Shown piece by piece: positions 49,800-62,842 of a stretch of DNA of 64,000 bases (its first letter is position 1; each line of letters starts with the position of its first letter). The DNA is from Lama glama (taxonomy: Eukaryota), in assembly GCA_028534125.1 (NCBI GenBank), contig CM052816.1, positions 5,954,001-6,018,000 on the forward strand, given 5' to 3'. The notes under the pieces were generated by a model. It saw nothing but the letters and a program-made list of their open reading frames with translations. It was not told the DNA's origin and ran no database searches. Made by a program: the position numbers and the translations under genes.

Positions 49800-49993
49800 A
49801 GCTGTCTAATATGATAGCCATTATCCCCATGTGGCTATTTAAACTTAAATGAATTAAAATTGAATAACATTAAAGATTTAGTTCCTCAGTCATCCTAGCC
49901 ACATTTCCAATGCTCCATAGGCAGATGTCACTAGTGGCTACCATATTAGCACAGATTTAGAATGTCTCCCATCATTGCAGAAAGTTCTGTCGG
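49800..49993. mobile_element. MER3 hAT-Charlie MITE
   Basis: GCTGTCTAATATGATAGCCA...CATGTGGCTATTTAAA...TTAGTTCCTCAGTC...TAGCCACATTT...CTAGTGGCTACCATATT...CCATCATTGCAGAAAGTTCT. Confidence 0.85.
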
Positions 49994-51558
49994 TCATAAC
50001 AAGGCTCTATTAAAGTATTACCTCTTCAGAGAAGCCTCCCACCCATTTGAGGTAGCTCTCTAGCCTACTCTGTGTTCCATGACTCTATTTGGCTGTATTT
50101 GTAGCATTTAACAACTATTTGAAGTCATGATATTTATTTATTTGTTCACCAGAATACAGACCCGAAGAGAACAAGGACTTCATTGATTTTACTCTCTGCT
50201 ATATGCCCAGGGTCTAATAAAGAGGGGTGCCCAGTAAAGACTAGTTGACTGAATAAATGAATGGAATGTTAACACGTCATTCATTTATGGGTGATGAGGA
50301 CTATGCCATGTCAAAGCAGAAGCATAAACAAAAGCAAAGCCGTGAGAGGCTGAGAGGCATGTGTATGGCAACACTGGGTACCTGCTTCAGCTGTAAAGCA
50401 GAGTGTGCAGGGTTAGATAAGTCTCAAAAAGTAGGCAGACTGAGACCACATCATTGAAAAGACTCATATTCTGGGCTAAGTTTTAACTTAAAACAAGATG
50501 GAAAGCCACTGACAATTTGTTTACAATCAAGAAGTTTCCTGATTAAAATAGTCTTTAAGAAATTGATCTACCCTCTGTGTGGTAAGTGGATTCTAACATG
50601 GAGAGACTAGTCAAAGGCTAAAGACACAAGCCAGTGAAAAAAGAAGAAAAAGAGGGACAGATTCAAGAGTCATAGTGGTGGAAAATCAACAGATTACTGT
50701 ATTGGATGGAGAGGTTGACAGACTGAGGAATCAAACCAGACACTGACATTTTGAGAGGGAGTGATTCAACAGAAATACAGTGAGGGATAAGCAAAGGGTT
50801 TGGTAGGAAGGGTGCCCAGTTCCGTCTTTGATACGTTTAACCCAAAATGTAGAGGCTAGCCTCTTGGGGAAAGGGTAGACCCTGGGGAGAAAAAGGGAGC
50901 AGAAGGAGTCACAGAGAGCAACATTGATGGTGGGGAGAATGTAGCATCACAAAGCTAAGTGTTCTTAGCGAGAGGTGTGAAGATTCTCATAGGCCTTAGG
51001 CTAAAAGAAATAAAAACATAGTATTTGCTGATGAGAAATCCATCTTAACCCTAGAGAAACTGGCTCATTAGAATAGTTAGAGTAGAAATGATGCTTCAAG
51101 GTATTCAGAACAATCTTAGAGTTAGGAAGAAGAGATAGTAAGTTAAGTAATTTTACCAAAGCTAATAAACTACTTGACTCTGGACTCCACACTTACCCTT
51201 ATGAGCTTCCGATCCCCTAAACTCCTGCTTTTCAGTGTCTGGAGTAGAGACTAAATGGAAGGCTTGCATTACATGTTCTCTGCCCTCCCTTGCTGCTGTG
51301 ACACCTCTGTGGGCTTTTCCCAGATAGGTTAGGGATGGTTGAAGCTCATCCTGCTTGCTTGAGAGAGACTGCCCTAATTAACCACCTCAATTAACAAATG
51401 GAGTTTGGCACAGAGCTAAAATGAAGTTCTCTGATTTCACATTTCCTTCACACATAATTTAAATCTCAGAATTCTTCAGTTTTATAATTACAGGCTTGGA
51501 AGGGGATCTTGAAACTGTTTAGTTGATTTCCCTTCGCTATGAAAGAATGAATATACGT

Positions 51559-51601
51559 ACACACACAGACACACACACACACACACACACACATACATAC
51601 A
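51559..51601 (+). repeat. (CA)n/(CATA)n microsatellite
   Basis: Read directly from the sequence. Confidence 0.9.
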
Positions 51602-52295
51602 TATCTCCTGCCATCCTTAGACGCAACAGCAACAACTCTTGACTGTTCTGGAGCCAAGACAGGAAGGGTAGCCAATTCCATCACCTCTCTATTAGGAATT
51701 CCCTAGGAAGCCTTATCCTCTGCCTCTACTATGCTCAGTGGCTTCCACATCCTGTGGCTGTCTTGCTTTGGCAGCAAGGGCATCTTTGTCAGCCCTTGAC
51801 TTGCACATGCAACATGGTGCAGAGTAGTGAGCATCTGCCCTAGGACAGCTGAGTGACCCAATTTGCAAGGAATTTTTTCAGAGCCCCTCATTCTCCCTTG
51901 CCCAGACCAAGATTTGCAGTCTTACTTGTCCATGTGGCTGTTTTTTGTTGTTTTTTTTTTTACATTCCACAAGGGATTGTACTCCTGTCTGACTCCTTTC
52001 CAACTTCATATTTTTTTCAAGTTTCATATTTAAGCTCACAAGTCATCTCCTTAGAGAGATCTTCTTCAACCACTTAATCCAAAGTAGGTATTCTCTACTG
52101 CAATAGTGATTTATCACCACACCTTATTTTCTTTATGACCATAGTAACAATCTCTATTATTATTATTTTTATTTTTAAGTGTATTTATTGCTTATCTCCT
52201 TATAGAATATATGATCCATGGAGACCAAGACCATATCTGTCATTCTCCAGGTTTCCCTCAGTTCCTAGCAAAGTGTGGAACATACGGTGGTTGCT

Positions 52296-52649
52296 TGTAT
52301 TTGTCAGCTATTGCTGCATAACAGACCACCTCCAAATTCAGTGATATATAACAGTGAGCATTTACTACCATGTTCCCAGTCAGCTGGGACAGCTTTGCTT
52401 CAGACTTTAGTCTGTGGGTTGACTGTAGCATCTCTGTTTTTTTTTTGCCTTTCTCTTTCTTCTGGGACTAGCAGGCTCTCTGGGACATGTTCTCAAGGCT
52501 TCTGCTTGAAACATGCCTAATAATATCCCATTTGCCAAGGCAGGTCACAAGACCAAACATAACATTAATGAATAGCAGGGAGATATACTCTTCCCAATGA
52601 GTTTGGGGAAGAGATGAATCTTTACCAAATAAGAATTTAATCTATCACA
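52296..52649 (-). mobile_element. MLT1 (G/H-like) MaLR solo LTR inserted in an L2 3' end
   Basis: TGTATTTGTCAGCTATTGCTGCATAACAGACCACCTCCAAATTCAGTG...TCCCATTTGCCAAGGCAGGTCACA...AATCTATCACA. TSD TTGCT (52291-52295) / ATGCT (52650-52654). L2 tail continues afterwards. Confidence 0.8.
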
Positions 52650-53441
52650 ATGCTTCATAAATATCAATGACTGAATAAATGAATGCCCTCCCCTAGATCA
52701 GTTGACCTTTCTAGCCAAGCGACTTTCCAGTGATTACAATCTTGTGTTTTATCAGTGTTAGTTTTAAATTTTCAGTCCACAGTGAATCTGTGGCCTGGTG
52801 TGAAAGAACCATACCACTCTGTTCTCCTTGGATAAGAACTAACTTAAGATCTCAGCCTGTTTAACAGAGGTTAAAGCCTCCTTCATTTCATCCTGGCTCT
52901 CTCTATCCCCCGTCTTGAGGCATAGGGAAGGCTTCATTCCTGCCAAAAACTAGAAGAGATGGAACCAATTAGAAGAACCTACCATCTGGTGGTGTGGGCT
53001 CATCAGTATTGCAGCCAAGATTCCAACTGGGACTGTTAAAGAGTTTGTGCACCATAGCTTGAGTGTCTGAGTAGAGCAGAGATAATAGGTGCCTCAAGAT
53101 CACCAGGTCTCTTAGGGCTGACAGCACCAACATTCTGACAAAGAGTGATCTGAAGGGACACCCCCCAGGCACATCCACGTGGCTGGACAATACTTCCTGA
53201 AACTATTCCATCAACACAGGTTTGCTCCTGGCTGAGCAGGGATTACCAAATTCTCCTCACAGCCTTGACTAACTCATGAGTCTGCCTAGAATTCAAACCT
53301 TTTGCCTACACTGACCTCTGATCTTGCCTTACCCACCGGAATCCCGTGTACACTCCTCTCTTATTGGTGGCTTTTCTCTGCTTTAGCATGTTGACCCTTG
53401 GTCTAGCTCCAGCCTCTCTGAATTCTCTCTCCTGAAGAGGT

Positions 53442-53989
53442 ATGCCATGGGAGGGCATCTGTGTTTTTTGCTTACTGGGCATCTAGTCTCCATTGTTTTT
53501 TTTTAATAATGTCCCAGTTTCCTTTGGAGGAACTCCTCTGCCCCCATGTCCATGTAGTTTGGATACACTGAATGAAACCAACAATCCACTTGGCTTTTCT
53601 CACCGCCCCAAGCTCTAAGAATGATCTTGACTTGACTGAGAGAATATAACATGCTGGCCAATGTGTCATGTTCGGCAGTGAGCATGTGTCCTGATTTTTA
53701 TTCAGTGACATCAGGTCCAGGACTTTTGTGGAACTGATGGGAAAAGAGAAGTTCCCTTTCCATTGGACTTTGAGACGGGCAAATGAAGGCCGGCTGTGCT
53801 GGGATCTGACAGATAACATATGCATGCGTGAGAGTAAAGCCAATTTAGAGAAAAGCTAAGCCTGAAAATCTGGAAGGTCTATCTCAGTTCTGATGATATC
53901 ATTCAAGCCTCTGAATCTAGCTGTTCCTAAAGTCAAAATTACTTGATTAGTTTTCTATAATTTGTCACCAAAAGAGTACTGACTGCTCA
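53442..53989 (+). mobile_element. MLT1K/L-like MaLR solo LTR
   Basis: GGACTTTTGTGGAACTGATGGGAAAAGAGAAG...AAAGCCAA...TCAAGCCTCTGAATCTAGCTGTTCCTAAAG...TTTGTCACCAAAAGAGTACTGACT. Confidence 0.7.
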
Positions 53990-54589
53990 CTGCCCAAATG
54001 GGGGTTGCCCCCTTGTCCCTATAAACAGTAATTTCTTGAGCCAAAGACACTGTCTAGTCTGTGTATTTAGTCCAATGTTATAGACTGAATCATAAGTGAA
54101 AAGAAATGCTTTCAGATATAGTGTTGCTGCATATTTGGACCCAGGGTAAACTTAGCCTCCTTAAGAGTTCAATTTTCCCCATCCACAAAATAAATTCATT
54201 CATGGGTAATGACCACCCTCATAGGAAAACACTGCAGAATAATTAGTCACATTATACTTACGGTACATTTATGTCAATAGGTAAGACATCTAGTTAATTA
54301 TATTACCCTGCATTTGCCTAGTATTTCCGATCTTTTCAACGCTCTTTCACGTAAGTAATGACATTTGCCTGTTCTAATAACCCTGAGGATACGGTATTAT
54401 CACACCATATTATACATCTGGAAACTAAACTGGACACAAAGATTTCTCAAGGTCATATAAGAAATCAATGTCAAAGCTGGCATTGAACAAATTAGTTCAA
54501 TTCCTATATACGCCATTCTATTAAATCTCACTGGAAAATGTCCCACTGGTCTGAAATTCTCTTAAAATCAGAATAATATATACAAATGA

Positions 54590-54940
54590 CTAAACTTCTA
54601 TTGGAATGATCATCATAGCATTATTTTTAGGGAAAAAATTGGAAATAAGTTAGATATCTAATAAAAGGAGAAGGATGGACTTAGGGTACACATGTACAAT
54701 GAGCTTTTAAGAAGATACTAAAGCTGAATGTAGAATATTCAAAGTAACACATTTGTTACACTGAGTTAAAAAAACATGTTAGAAGACATTACTATAAATC
54801 TATTCTTTTAAAATTGATTTGTTCAGGGAAAAAGATGGGAAGCTTATCCTTAGTATTGTAATTGCACAGATTTTATTTTGTTTGGTATCCATGTCCACAT
54901 GGCTTTCTATAAGACACGTTTTGCTTTTGTACACAAAACA
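54590..54940 (+). mobile_element. Ancient L1ME 3' region
   Basis: GGAATGATCATCATAGCATTATTT...AAAAAATTGGAAATAA...ATCTAATAAAAGGAGA resembles the L1M ORF2 end and 3'UTR. Confidence 0.6.
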
Positions 54941-56599
54941 AAAGCTATTCTCAAAAGGTTCATCTCCATCAGAGAGGGTCCACATAATTTCATTAGCCTC
55001 CCTCCAGCTTTCTCATTAACCCCAATTATGCCTGCATCCTCTGAGATCGGACCTCCCATGACCTTGGGCTTCGCTATGCCCTCAGAACAGCAAACCATGA
55101 CAGGCCAAGGTCACAGGAGCAGTCAGGGTTAGAAGGAGATTGCTGGTCACCTCTGGGCGCTGCACACCTTGACTGCAGCTGGCACAGAGCAGAGAGCCAC
55201 TTGAAAGTGCAGAGGGCTGCATGTCGCAAGCAGAGAGCACTGCCCGTGGGGATAGGGCTGCTGCCCCAGGTAGGGAATTAGAGGATCCCCAAGGGAGTGG
55301 GCAAGCACAGTGGACAGTGGAATGAAGAGGGCCTGCCCAGCCCACAGATGTCTGGGGCAGAACCAGAGACACAAGCCATTACCCTTCTTGGTCCCTTTAA
55401 GAGCTCAGTTTCCTCATCTGTGAAGAGGGGAGAATAAAAGGACTTACTTCATGGCGTTGGAGTGGAAAGCTGATTTGAAATCAGTGGTTATTAACTCCTT
55501 CTCATAACTACGTATCACTGATAGAATTATCTCCTTCATTGGAAAGAACTGAAGTTCCAAAAAAGAGAATTGACTGGCCCAAGCCACGTGACGCATCAGA
55601 GGCACAGCTCAGCCTTGAACCAGAGAGCCTTTCTTTAGAAAATGAATCCTTACACCTTATTTAGGACCCTTACTGACAGTAGTCCAGAAGGAGCTGGAGT
55701 GAGCTTTTGATCTGACTTATAACTGGTTATCACCCTCATCACTTCCCAGCTACACATTTATAATAGCCTTCCATGGGAATTTACAGCGCAGCCGGCTGGC
55801 ACTCTCGAAACTCATACTATCAAAGCACTACCCCATAAACAGCAGTAATGCAGGCTTATTTTCATCACTGCCACTGATGTTACATAACATACAGCTATGC
55901 ATTCATTCACTCACTCATTCATTCATTTAACCAGCACCCTTGCACACTGTTCCCTGGTGGAGAATGTGATGGGAATCTAAAGACAGCAAGGCCACTTTCC
56001 CAAGTTGCTTAGTCCTGTTGGCAGATATAATAAGAGTCCAGGTGATTAAAACCCAGCCCTAAGTGTGACACCTGCTACAGAGAAGGTACAAAAGGCCAAG
56101 GAGCAGAGGAGGGTGTGAACACGGGGAAGTAAGGAAGGATTAAGAAAAAAGACGCAAGAGCTGGGACTGACCAGAAGAACAGAATTTCAGCAAGGCAGTC
56201 GGGGAGGAGCAGTTTGCAGGTGGAGGAAACAGCTGTGTGAATTTGAGGACCACTGAGTTGTCTGGCTTGACCGGAGACCAAGATTCAGTGTAGAGTGGCC
56301 TTCCCTGCTGATAAACTAAGTGGATGATTCCTGGCCTCCGCATGCATACTCACCAGATTTCTAGGCGCGGTACTGGCTCAGCCTCCAGTCTCCAGGAGCA
56401 CACCCACGGACACACCACAGAGCCACACAGGACAACTCACCCCTACACCCAGCCGTCATTTTCCCCTGACCCCCAACATCTGTCCCCATCCCTCTGCCTG
56501 CCTGCCAGACTCTGTCCCAAATTGGTGACAGCAGTAAAGGAACAAAGATCATTGCTGCATTAGCAAAAAGCATCCAGGGAACGTGAAAGTGGCAAAGTG

Positions 56600-57060
56600 C
56601 TCCCAAGCATCTGATTCCCGGTGAGAAAACAGACACCTGAACGTGACACATCTCTGCTTAGAACCCTCAGTGGGTTTCCCACAGCTCTTGGGCTGAAGAT
56701 CAAAACCTATCACAGGGCCCACCAGGCTTGGCCCCACGCTTTCCACATCCCTTCCTCCCTCCATCAGCCCTTGGCCCAGGAAGCTTCTAGAATATTCCTC
56801 TCTCTCCAACACCACATCACTGAAAGCCTTCATTTCAAACAGCCATTCAAGCCATTCATCTCTTGGCCTGAAGCTGGTTCCTCTGTCATGTGCTTTCACT
56901 GAATCACGGGCCTTTCTTTCACGTCTTTATCCCAAGCTATAATGATGCACTCATTTGTACATTTATTTGACTAGCCGGTAAGCTCCAGGAGCGCAGGGCT
57001 GCTTCCTGCTGTTCACAAGAGTAAGCACTCCATAAACACCTGTTAAATGTTGAATGAATG
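56600..57060 (+). mobile_element. L2 3' end
   Basis: CTCTGCTTAGAACCCTCAGTGGGTTTCCCACAGC...GTAAGCTCCAGGAGCGCAGGG...TAAATGTTGAATGAATG. Confidence 0.75.
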
Positions 57061-57376
57061 TACCCAAGGCCCACAGTCTTTTTTTTTTAATACCCCTGCG
57101 TTTGTGTACAAATGTAGCTTGGATGTGCATCTTGGTGGGGGGAGGTTCAGAGCTTTTTCTCTTGCTTACACCTGGAATTTTCCACACACTCTCGTCATAG
57201 AGATAGAGCCCTCGAAGGACTCTCAGAGATCAGAGAAGCTTCCTTGTATAAATGAGCATGAGGGGTGCTTCTCTAAAGTCACACATGAATGGTTCCAGAA
57301 AATAGTCCAGCATTTGAGCCTGTGTCTTCAAACCCCAACGCAAGTCAATGCAATATGCTTTTCACTGATTGAACTT

Positions 57377-57378
<2 letters not shown>

Positions 57379-57416
<38 letters not shown>

Positions 57417-57648
57417 CTATCTTCCTGTTTACAATCTAACTGCCCTTCTAAATTCAACTCAGATGTTCTTGTTTTATGAAACCTGGTCTGAATTCTTCCA
57501 ACTGGAGGTTTTCCTTCCCTCCTCTGAATGTGTGTGTGCGTATGTGTGTGTGTTTGTGTGTGTGTGTGGGGGTGTTACAGAGAGAGAGAGGCGGGAAGTG
57601 CAGAGAACCTCTCCATTCCATCAGTTTTTGTGTGTGTGTGTGTGTGTG
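57379..57648 (+). repeat. Cluster of three (GT)n tracts
   Basis: Perfect (GT)18 at 57379-57414, an interrupted tract at about 57529-57568, and (GT)n at about 57629-57648. Confidence 0.95.
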
Positions 57649-59039
57649 CCTACCTATTTTCTCTATAAGAACCTGAGCCTCTTAAGGGGAGAATCAATGC
57701 CTAATGCATTTTATTTTCCTCAGTTCTTAGTGTAATGCCTTGTAATGGCAAATGGATTTTATCTCTTGCATCAACTTCAACTCTGACCAATCTGTAGTAG
57801 CTGCCTGGAATGCTCTGGTGAGAGGGAATTTAAGACCATGTCTAGATTCATTGGGAAAGAATTTTGTAATCAATGAGTGCTGTCTGCAAGGGTTTGAAAG
57901 GGGGAAATACAGGTCCATACGCTCCACAGAGGGCAATAATAGAAGTGCTCTGAAGGAATGCATGAAAAAATACATGAATCTTAACAGCTTCCCAAGCCCT
58001 ATATGACTACTTTGTCTTCAGCATCCAAGAGACTAGTAATCTCACCCATCTCAGCAGAAGTTTTCAAACTAGTCAGGGGAAGCAATGTTTGCAAACACTG
58101 TTCTGCACACAAAACACTGATGATCATCAATGTTATTATGCTAAGAATGAAGAATCAACCACAGACAACGCTGAGGCCTGTTTGTTTCAAAGTGAGGGCA
58201 TAGGTGAAGGTGGAGAAACCACAATCAGATTGTGACATCCACCAGGCAAATGAATGCAGGCATCCATCATTTAAGTGAGAACACCAGTAGGGAGGCAAGA
58301 GACAAACTGAACTCCCCACCTTGCAGAAACGGACCAATGCCAGAGAGGTTAAGATGACGGGAGGAGAAATAGTGTGACTTTACCTACCTGGAACACCTTC
58401 CTCCTACATCACTATCAAAATCTGCTCCACCCGTCAATGCCTGCTCCATTTCCACCTCCCCCGAGAGGGATTCCTTATCCGCAGCCATCTGCTCCTGCCT
58501 CCAAAGTCTTAGCACTTAATCCTGAATCATAAACCCCATCTCTTTGGGAGCTTCTTGTGTTGGGCTCTATTCCCGCTGTGTCACTGTTTTGTGGGTCCAT
58601 ATCGTCCTAGATTTTGACAGGGTGGAAGCTCACTGAGTTTTGGAGTCTCCAAAGCTGGCTTCCCATACTAGCTTAGGCTCTTATGCACTGTGTAATATGG
58701 AGAAGATACTTCATCATTATCACTCTCAGTGGCATCATCTCTAAAATGGGGATAATAACCTTTCGAGATCATTACAAGCATAAATAAGACATGTGTGAAG
58801 TCCCTGGCACAGAGGAGGTCTTCAAAATAATCCTTGTTTACCCCACCACCAACCCTGCATGCTTTTCTTGAGAGCAGGAGTTACATAACTTTTGTGCCGT
58901 CTACTGGATGTTGCAGAGGGAGGAATAGATATGATTAGAATGAAATAATAAAATGGCAGGTGCTGAAGGATGTGAGTCCAATGTAAGCATATTGGCCTGT
59001 TGACAGGCCCTAACACGTAACATAGTTTTGTCATACTGG

Positions 59040-59282
59040 CCACACGTATGATAAGGAGCAGTCAGGACTTTGGTAAACTTGAGAGTTTATGCCTTCTACT
59101 TAAAGCAGGCAGCACTTCTGAGCTCCAGATAATAGAAGCTGAGCAGGAATGTGGGTCCAGGGTTGCCTGATGCCCTAACTTTTTTCAGAGAAGCCAGAAA
59201 TTTAGATGTTTATGTCAAAATTTGAAAAGCACTGTGCCGCTCAAGCAAAACAAGTCTCTGGACTGTTAGTCTGCACCTCTGA
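59040..59282 (-). mobile_element. MER102-like hAT-Charlie element
   Basis: GAGCTCCAGAT...GGAATGTGGGTCCAGGGTTGCC...TTTTCAGAGAAGCCAGAAATTTAGATGTTTATG. Confidence 0.65.
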
Positions 59283-60357
59283 AAATGGTGAGGGATGCTC
59301 CAGCAAGAGCGAAGAGGCCATTTGTCTGTTGCCAGTGCCTAAAGCCTAGTTAGAATGCCCTCAGGCTTCCTAAGTAGGTCCACAGCAGAGGGAGACCCAC
59401 TAGAAACAAGCATGTTGCCCTCCACCTGATTGTCATGTAGGCCTTTGACATCTTCATGCTGTGTGATTACTTGATTCCTGGAAATATTTGTTCATTTGTG
59501 TTAAGGGAATAGCCCTGTGCCAGGTGTTCTTGGCAACACCAAAATGTAGCTATACCTGGTCATTCTGAACAGCAGTTCACATTCTGGTGGTCGAGGTGAC
59601 CTGTCACTACACGATACAGGCAATACTTCAGGACAAATCCACTGGAGCTTAAAAACTCACTGCTTTTAGGAGCCAGGCAGGTAAAGAAAATGAGAGGAGT
59701 GGGCTGGCTGAGCAGGAAGCCTATCCAGATGGGACACTCTCATCCTAGCCAATTGGAGCTATATAGACCAGGGTCCAGTGTTCACAGATCATTTGAAATT
59801 TCAAAAAGAGATAAGATACCCACACTGCGATGTGAAATTCCATGATTCTTAAACACTCTGCTGCAAGTGGCTTGTGGATGGACATTGGGTGACTTCTGCA
59901 GCATTTGATAACTGGCAAATGAGAGGCTCAATCTTCAGCATGGAGTGCCCTGGGGGTTCCAAGCAGGGGAGAAACTGGGTGAAGAGTTCTCTTTTCTTTT
60001 GCATGTGCTGTTCCCTCTGCCTGGAACACACTTGCCTCCAGTGTTTCTGGCCCCCTTGCCTTGACCTCTTGGAAAGCTCCCATTTATCACTGAGCCTCAG
60101 TTCAATCACCACCCTCCGAGTGGCCAACTCGGCTTCTCAAAGCAGCTCTAACACTCCCGACAAATGGCTGCTCTAACACCAACATCATTACATTTTAATT
60201 TTCCCTTTACAGGACAGTTGGCCTCACTAGGGGTAAAGTCTTCCCGGGCAGGGAACATGTCTTACTTTTGTCTGCATTTCTAGTGCTGAACACCACACCA
60301 GGGCTTGGTGAAGGGCTCAAAAACGCTTGCTAAAGGATTGGAAGATTCTTTAGATGA

Positions 60358-60519
60358 AAGAGATTCTCGAAGTGTGATCCCCATACTAACTGCTACAGAA
60401 TCTCCTCAAGGCTAGCTCTTAAATATTCTGATTCAGGAAGTCTAGAGTCTGCCCCTGATTCTTGCTTTAAACAAGCTCCCTGGGTGACTTTTATGTGCAT
60501 TGAAGTTTGAGGACCTCTG
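60358..60519 (+). mobile_element. MER5B-like MITE followed by an L2 3' tail (60520-60660)
   Basis: TTCTCGAAGTGTGATCCCC...TTCTGATTCAGGAAGTCT...AACAAGCTCCCTGGGTGA...GAAGTTTGAGGACCTCTG. Confidence 0.7.
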
Positions 60520-62024
60520 AGCTAAACTGTAAGCCCCACAAGGAAAGAAGCTGTGTCTTCTTTGTTGTCCATTATATTCCTAGCACCTGGCACAGTGCTG
60601 GGCACAAAGTAAGCATTCAGCATGTGTTTGCTGGATAAATAAATGGATGGATAAATAAAAAAAAATAAGAATTCAGTTGTAACAGTTCTCCTGAGACCTC
60701 TAATAGAAACCCCAATTAGTATTTCATCTGTCCCTTCATTTATACTTACCATAAAGGCACCAAAAGAAGCTGAGCAGCTGGCCAGTAACTGCCAGCTCTA
60801 TGGGCAGGCTCCTTAACTCCTGCCCCGGTGGGGTTGGAAGAGTGCCCAGAGGAGACCCCACCACTTTATCCCTTAATGATGGTGGAAAAGGGAAGCAAGA
60901 AAGATGGGAAGCAAAGAAGACACAAAACCCTCATCTTGGCCAGAGGTATCAGCAGTACTCTCCCCTGCACCCCCCACCCAATGACGACCACTCTGCCTTT
61001 CCAATCAATCCCCTGTTGCAAATACATGTCGCAGGAATAGTTGCTCTTACACTTCCTCTCCTTTCCCTTCTCCACCCTCTGGTGGAGGGATAATGAATAG
61101 CAAAACGTATGGGGGAAAAATCAAATGACAGGAAAAATTATGAAAAAACAAAGATTTGGTTATTTTCTGGAGGTAGGACTGGGGCATTTAATTTAAGGTT
61201 AACCACTAGTCCAGAGTTTTTAAAAAGCACATGAAATTAAATCTGAATTAAGATGCTTTTCTTGGTTTTCCATAATGGTTAGTTAACACATCCTACCTAA
61301 AACCTCTCTGCTCCCTTTGACATGTTTTACTCAATTTAAATTGGGACAGATTTCAATTTTCCCGGATCAATGTGCTGCGGTGAATGTAGCCCCAAAGGGT
61401 TCCCTAGATTCATATGAAAGTTAACAGAATATCTTCCAGGGCAGGCTGGGAATTACAATGCCACCATTACCACCCCAGTCCCCTCTCAGATCTTGCAGCC
61501 AAACAGGAGAAACCGAAGGTCTAAGAACAAGATAACATTATTGCTTCTCAGGCAATGCCCCCAGCAGTGTCCCTACTGGACTGTAAACTAAGAGCAAGGA
61601 CCTTTTTTTCATTTCTGTTTTCCCAATCAACGACCATATCAGTTCATAGCATCGAAGAACCATTTAAAGAATGGCCAAATTCATAGAAATCTATACTCTG
61701 GTATATGGTAGGAATCAAGTTCAAGAACCTAGGTTCACTAACCAATGGATGACATTGGATCATATTTCTATCTTCCCAATAAGTGGCCAACAACCCAATT
61801 AGAGATCAAGTCTTAGGTTGTTAAGTTAATGATGCAGAGCATCACCTTTTGCCTCAGGAAATTTCCTCCCATTTTTGCCTTTTATTATCTTGTCCGGTCA
61901 CTCGGCATCTTGACACTAGAACAGCAGTTAGCATCTCTTTCCACCAAGCTCTGTTATAGACAGTTCTCAGCAGTATGAATGACTCTATCTGCCAGCCATT
62001 TATTATGGATTCCCTAAGCGAGTG

Positions 62025-62190
62025 ATCCTTCTTGAGTACTGGACCCCTTTGAGAGGATGACAAAAGCAATGGACCCTCTCCCCGACAAATAAATTAGCAT
62101 CTATACCTGTATGCAAAAGTTATGTGTCATCTCTGGTAGTTTTTAGATACCTTGATATCCACACCCAAATCCTCCCCTTAAAGATCCTCC
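62025..62190. mobile_element. MER117-like hAT element
   Basis: GGACCCCTTTGAGAGGATGACAAAAGCAATGGACCCTCTCCCC. Confidence 0.6.
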
Positions 62191-62544
62191 TCCGAGCCAT
62201 ATCAAAAGAAATGCGAGGTTATCTGTTAGCTAAATACCTACTCAATATTATTTTAGCTTTCCAGGGAGATGGTTTCAGAGAACTACAATTCAACAATTAA
62301 ACTTCAGCTCTCTTTTTAAGGGTGATGAGTAACACAGTTGACAAGATTTTTAACCTCAGCATTACCAGAATGCAGCATTGCTGTTTTATTTATTCAGGGG
62401 GTCACTCCTGTGCAAAATCACAGCTCCACTTTGAAGCACTATAAGATTTCCTCCTTAGGTGCTGTTCACAGACCACTGCGTTACAAGACTCTGAAAACTC
62501 CCGTTGGTTTGTTGGTGATCTGTGCATCTATCACGGTGCCCAGG

Positions 62545-62745
62545 AACATGGGCCTTGGGGTCACAAGACCACCAGTGACTTCCTGGGTGACCTTGGGAAA
62601 GTTACATAACCTGTTGTAGCCTTAGTTTTCTCATCTCTAAAAGGAAGATAACAGAGAGCACTACAGGGCTCCTGTGAGGATTAAATAAGTAGCACACGAA
62701 AAGCAGTTAGGGTACTGCGCGGGCCACAGCGGGAGCTCGGTCGGT
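62545..62745 (+). mobile_element. MIR SINE
   Basis: CTGGGTGACCTTGGGAAAGTTACATAACCT...CCTTAGTTTTCTCATCTCTAAAAGG...CTGTGAGGATTAAATAAG. Confidence 0.8.
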
Positions 62746-62842
62746 GGTGATGAATGTGACAATAATTGCCCCCAGAATACTTATCACAGTTCTTGAAACA
62801 CAGTTAGGTCCTCAATAAATGGAATTTGGGATAATTATAATT

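Larger units (their letters stand above)
48590..50268 (+). mobile_element. L2 3' region split by an MLT1 LTR and a MER3
   Basis: CAATCCATCACTAAGTCCTGT...CCCAGCCATCATCATCT...TAGCTGGTCTCCCTG resumes at 49503 with AAGTGTAAATCAGA...TCCTTATCATGGCCTACA and ends in TGACTGAATAAATGAATG. Confidence 0.75.

Noticed and set aside
61072..61088. CTCF-like motif CCACCAGAGGGTGG on the minus strand (similar ones near 38205, 39985 and 52980)
   Set aside because: Each misses a high-information consensus position and cannot be supported without ChIP data.
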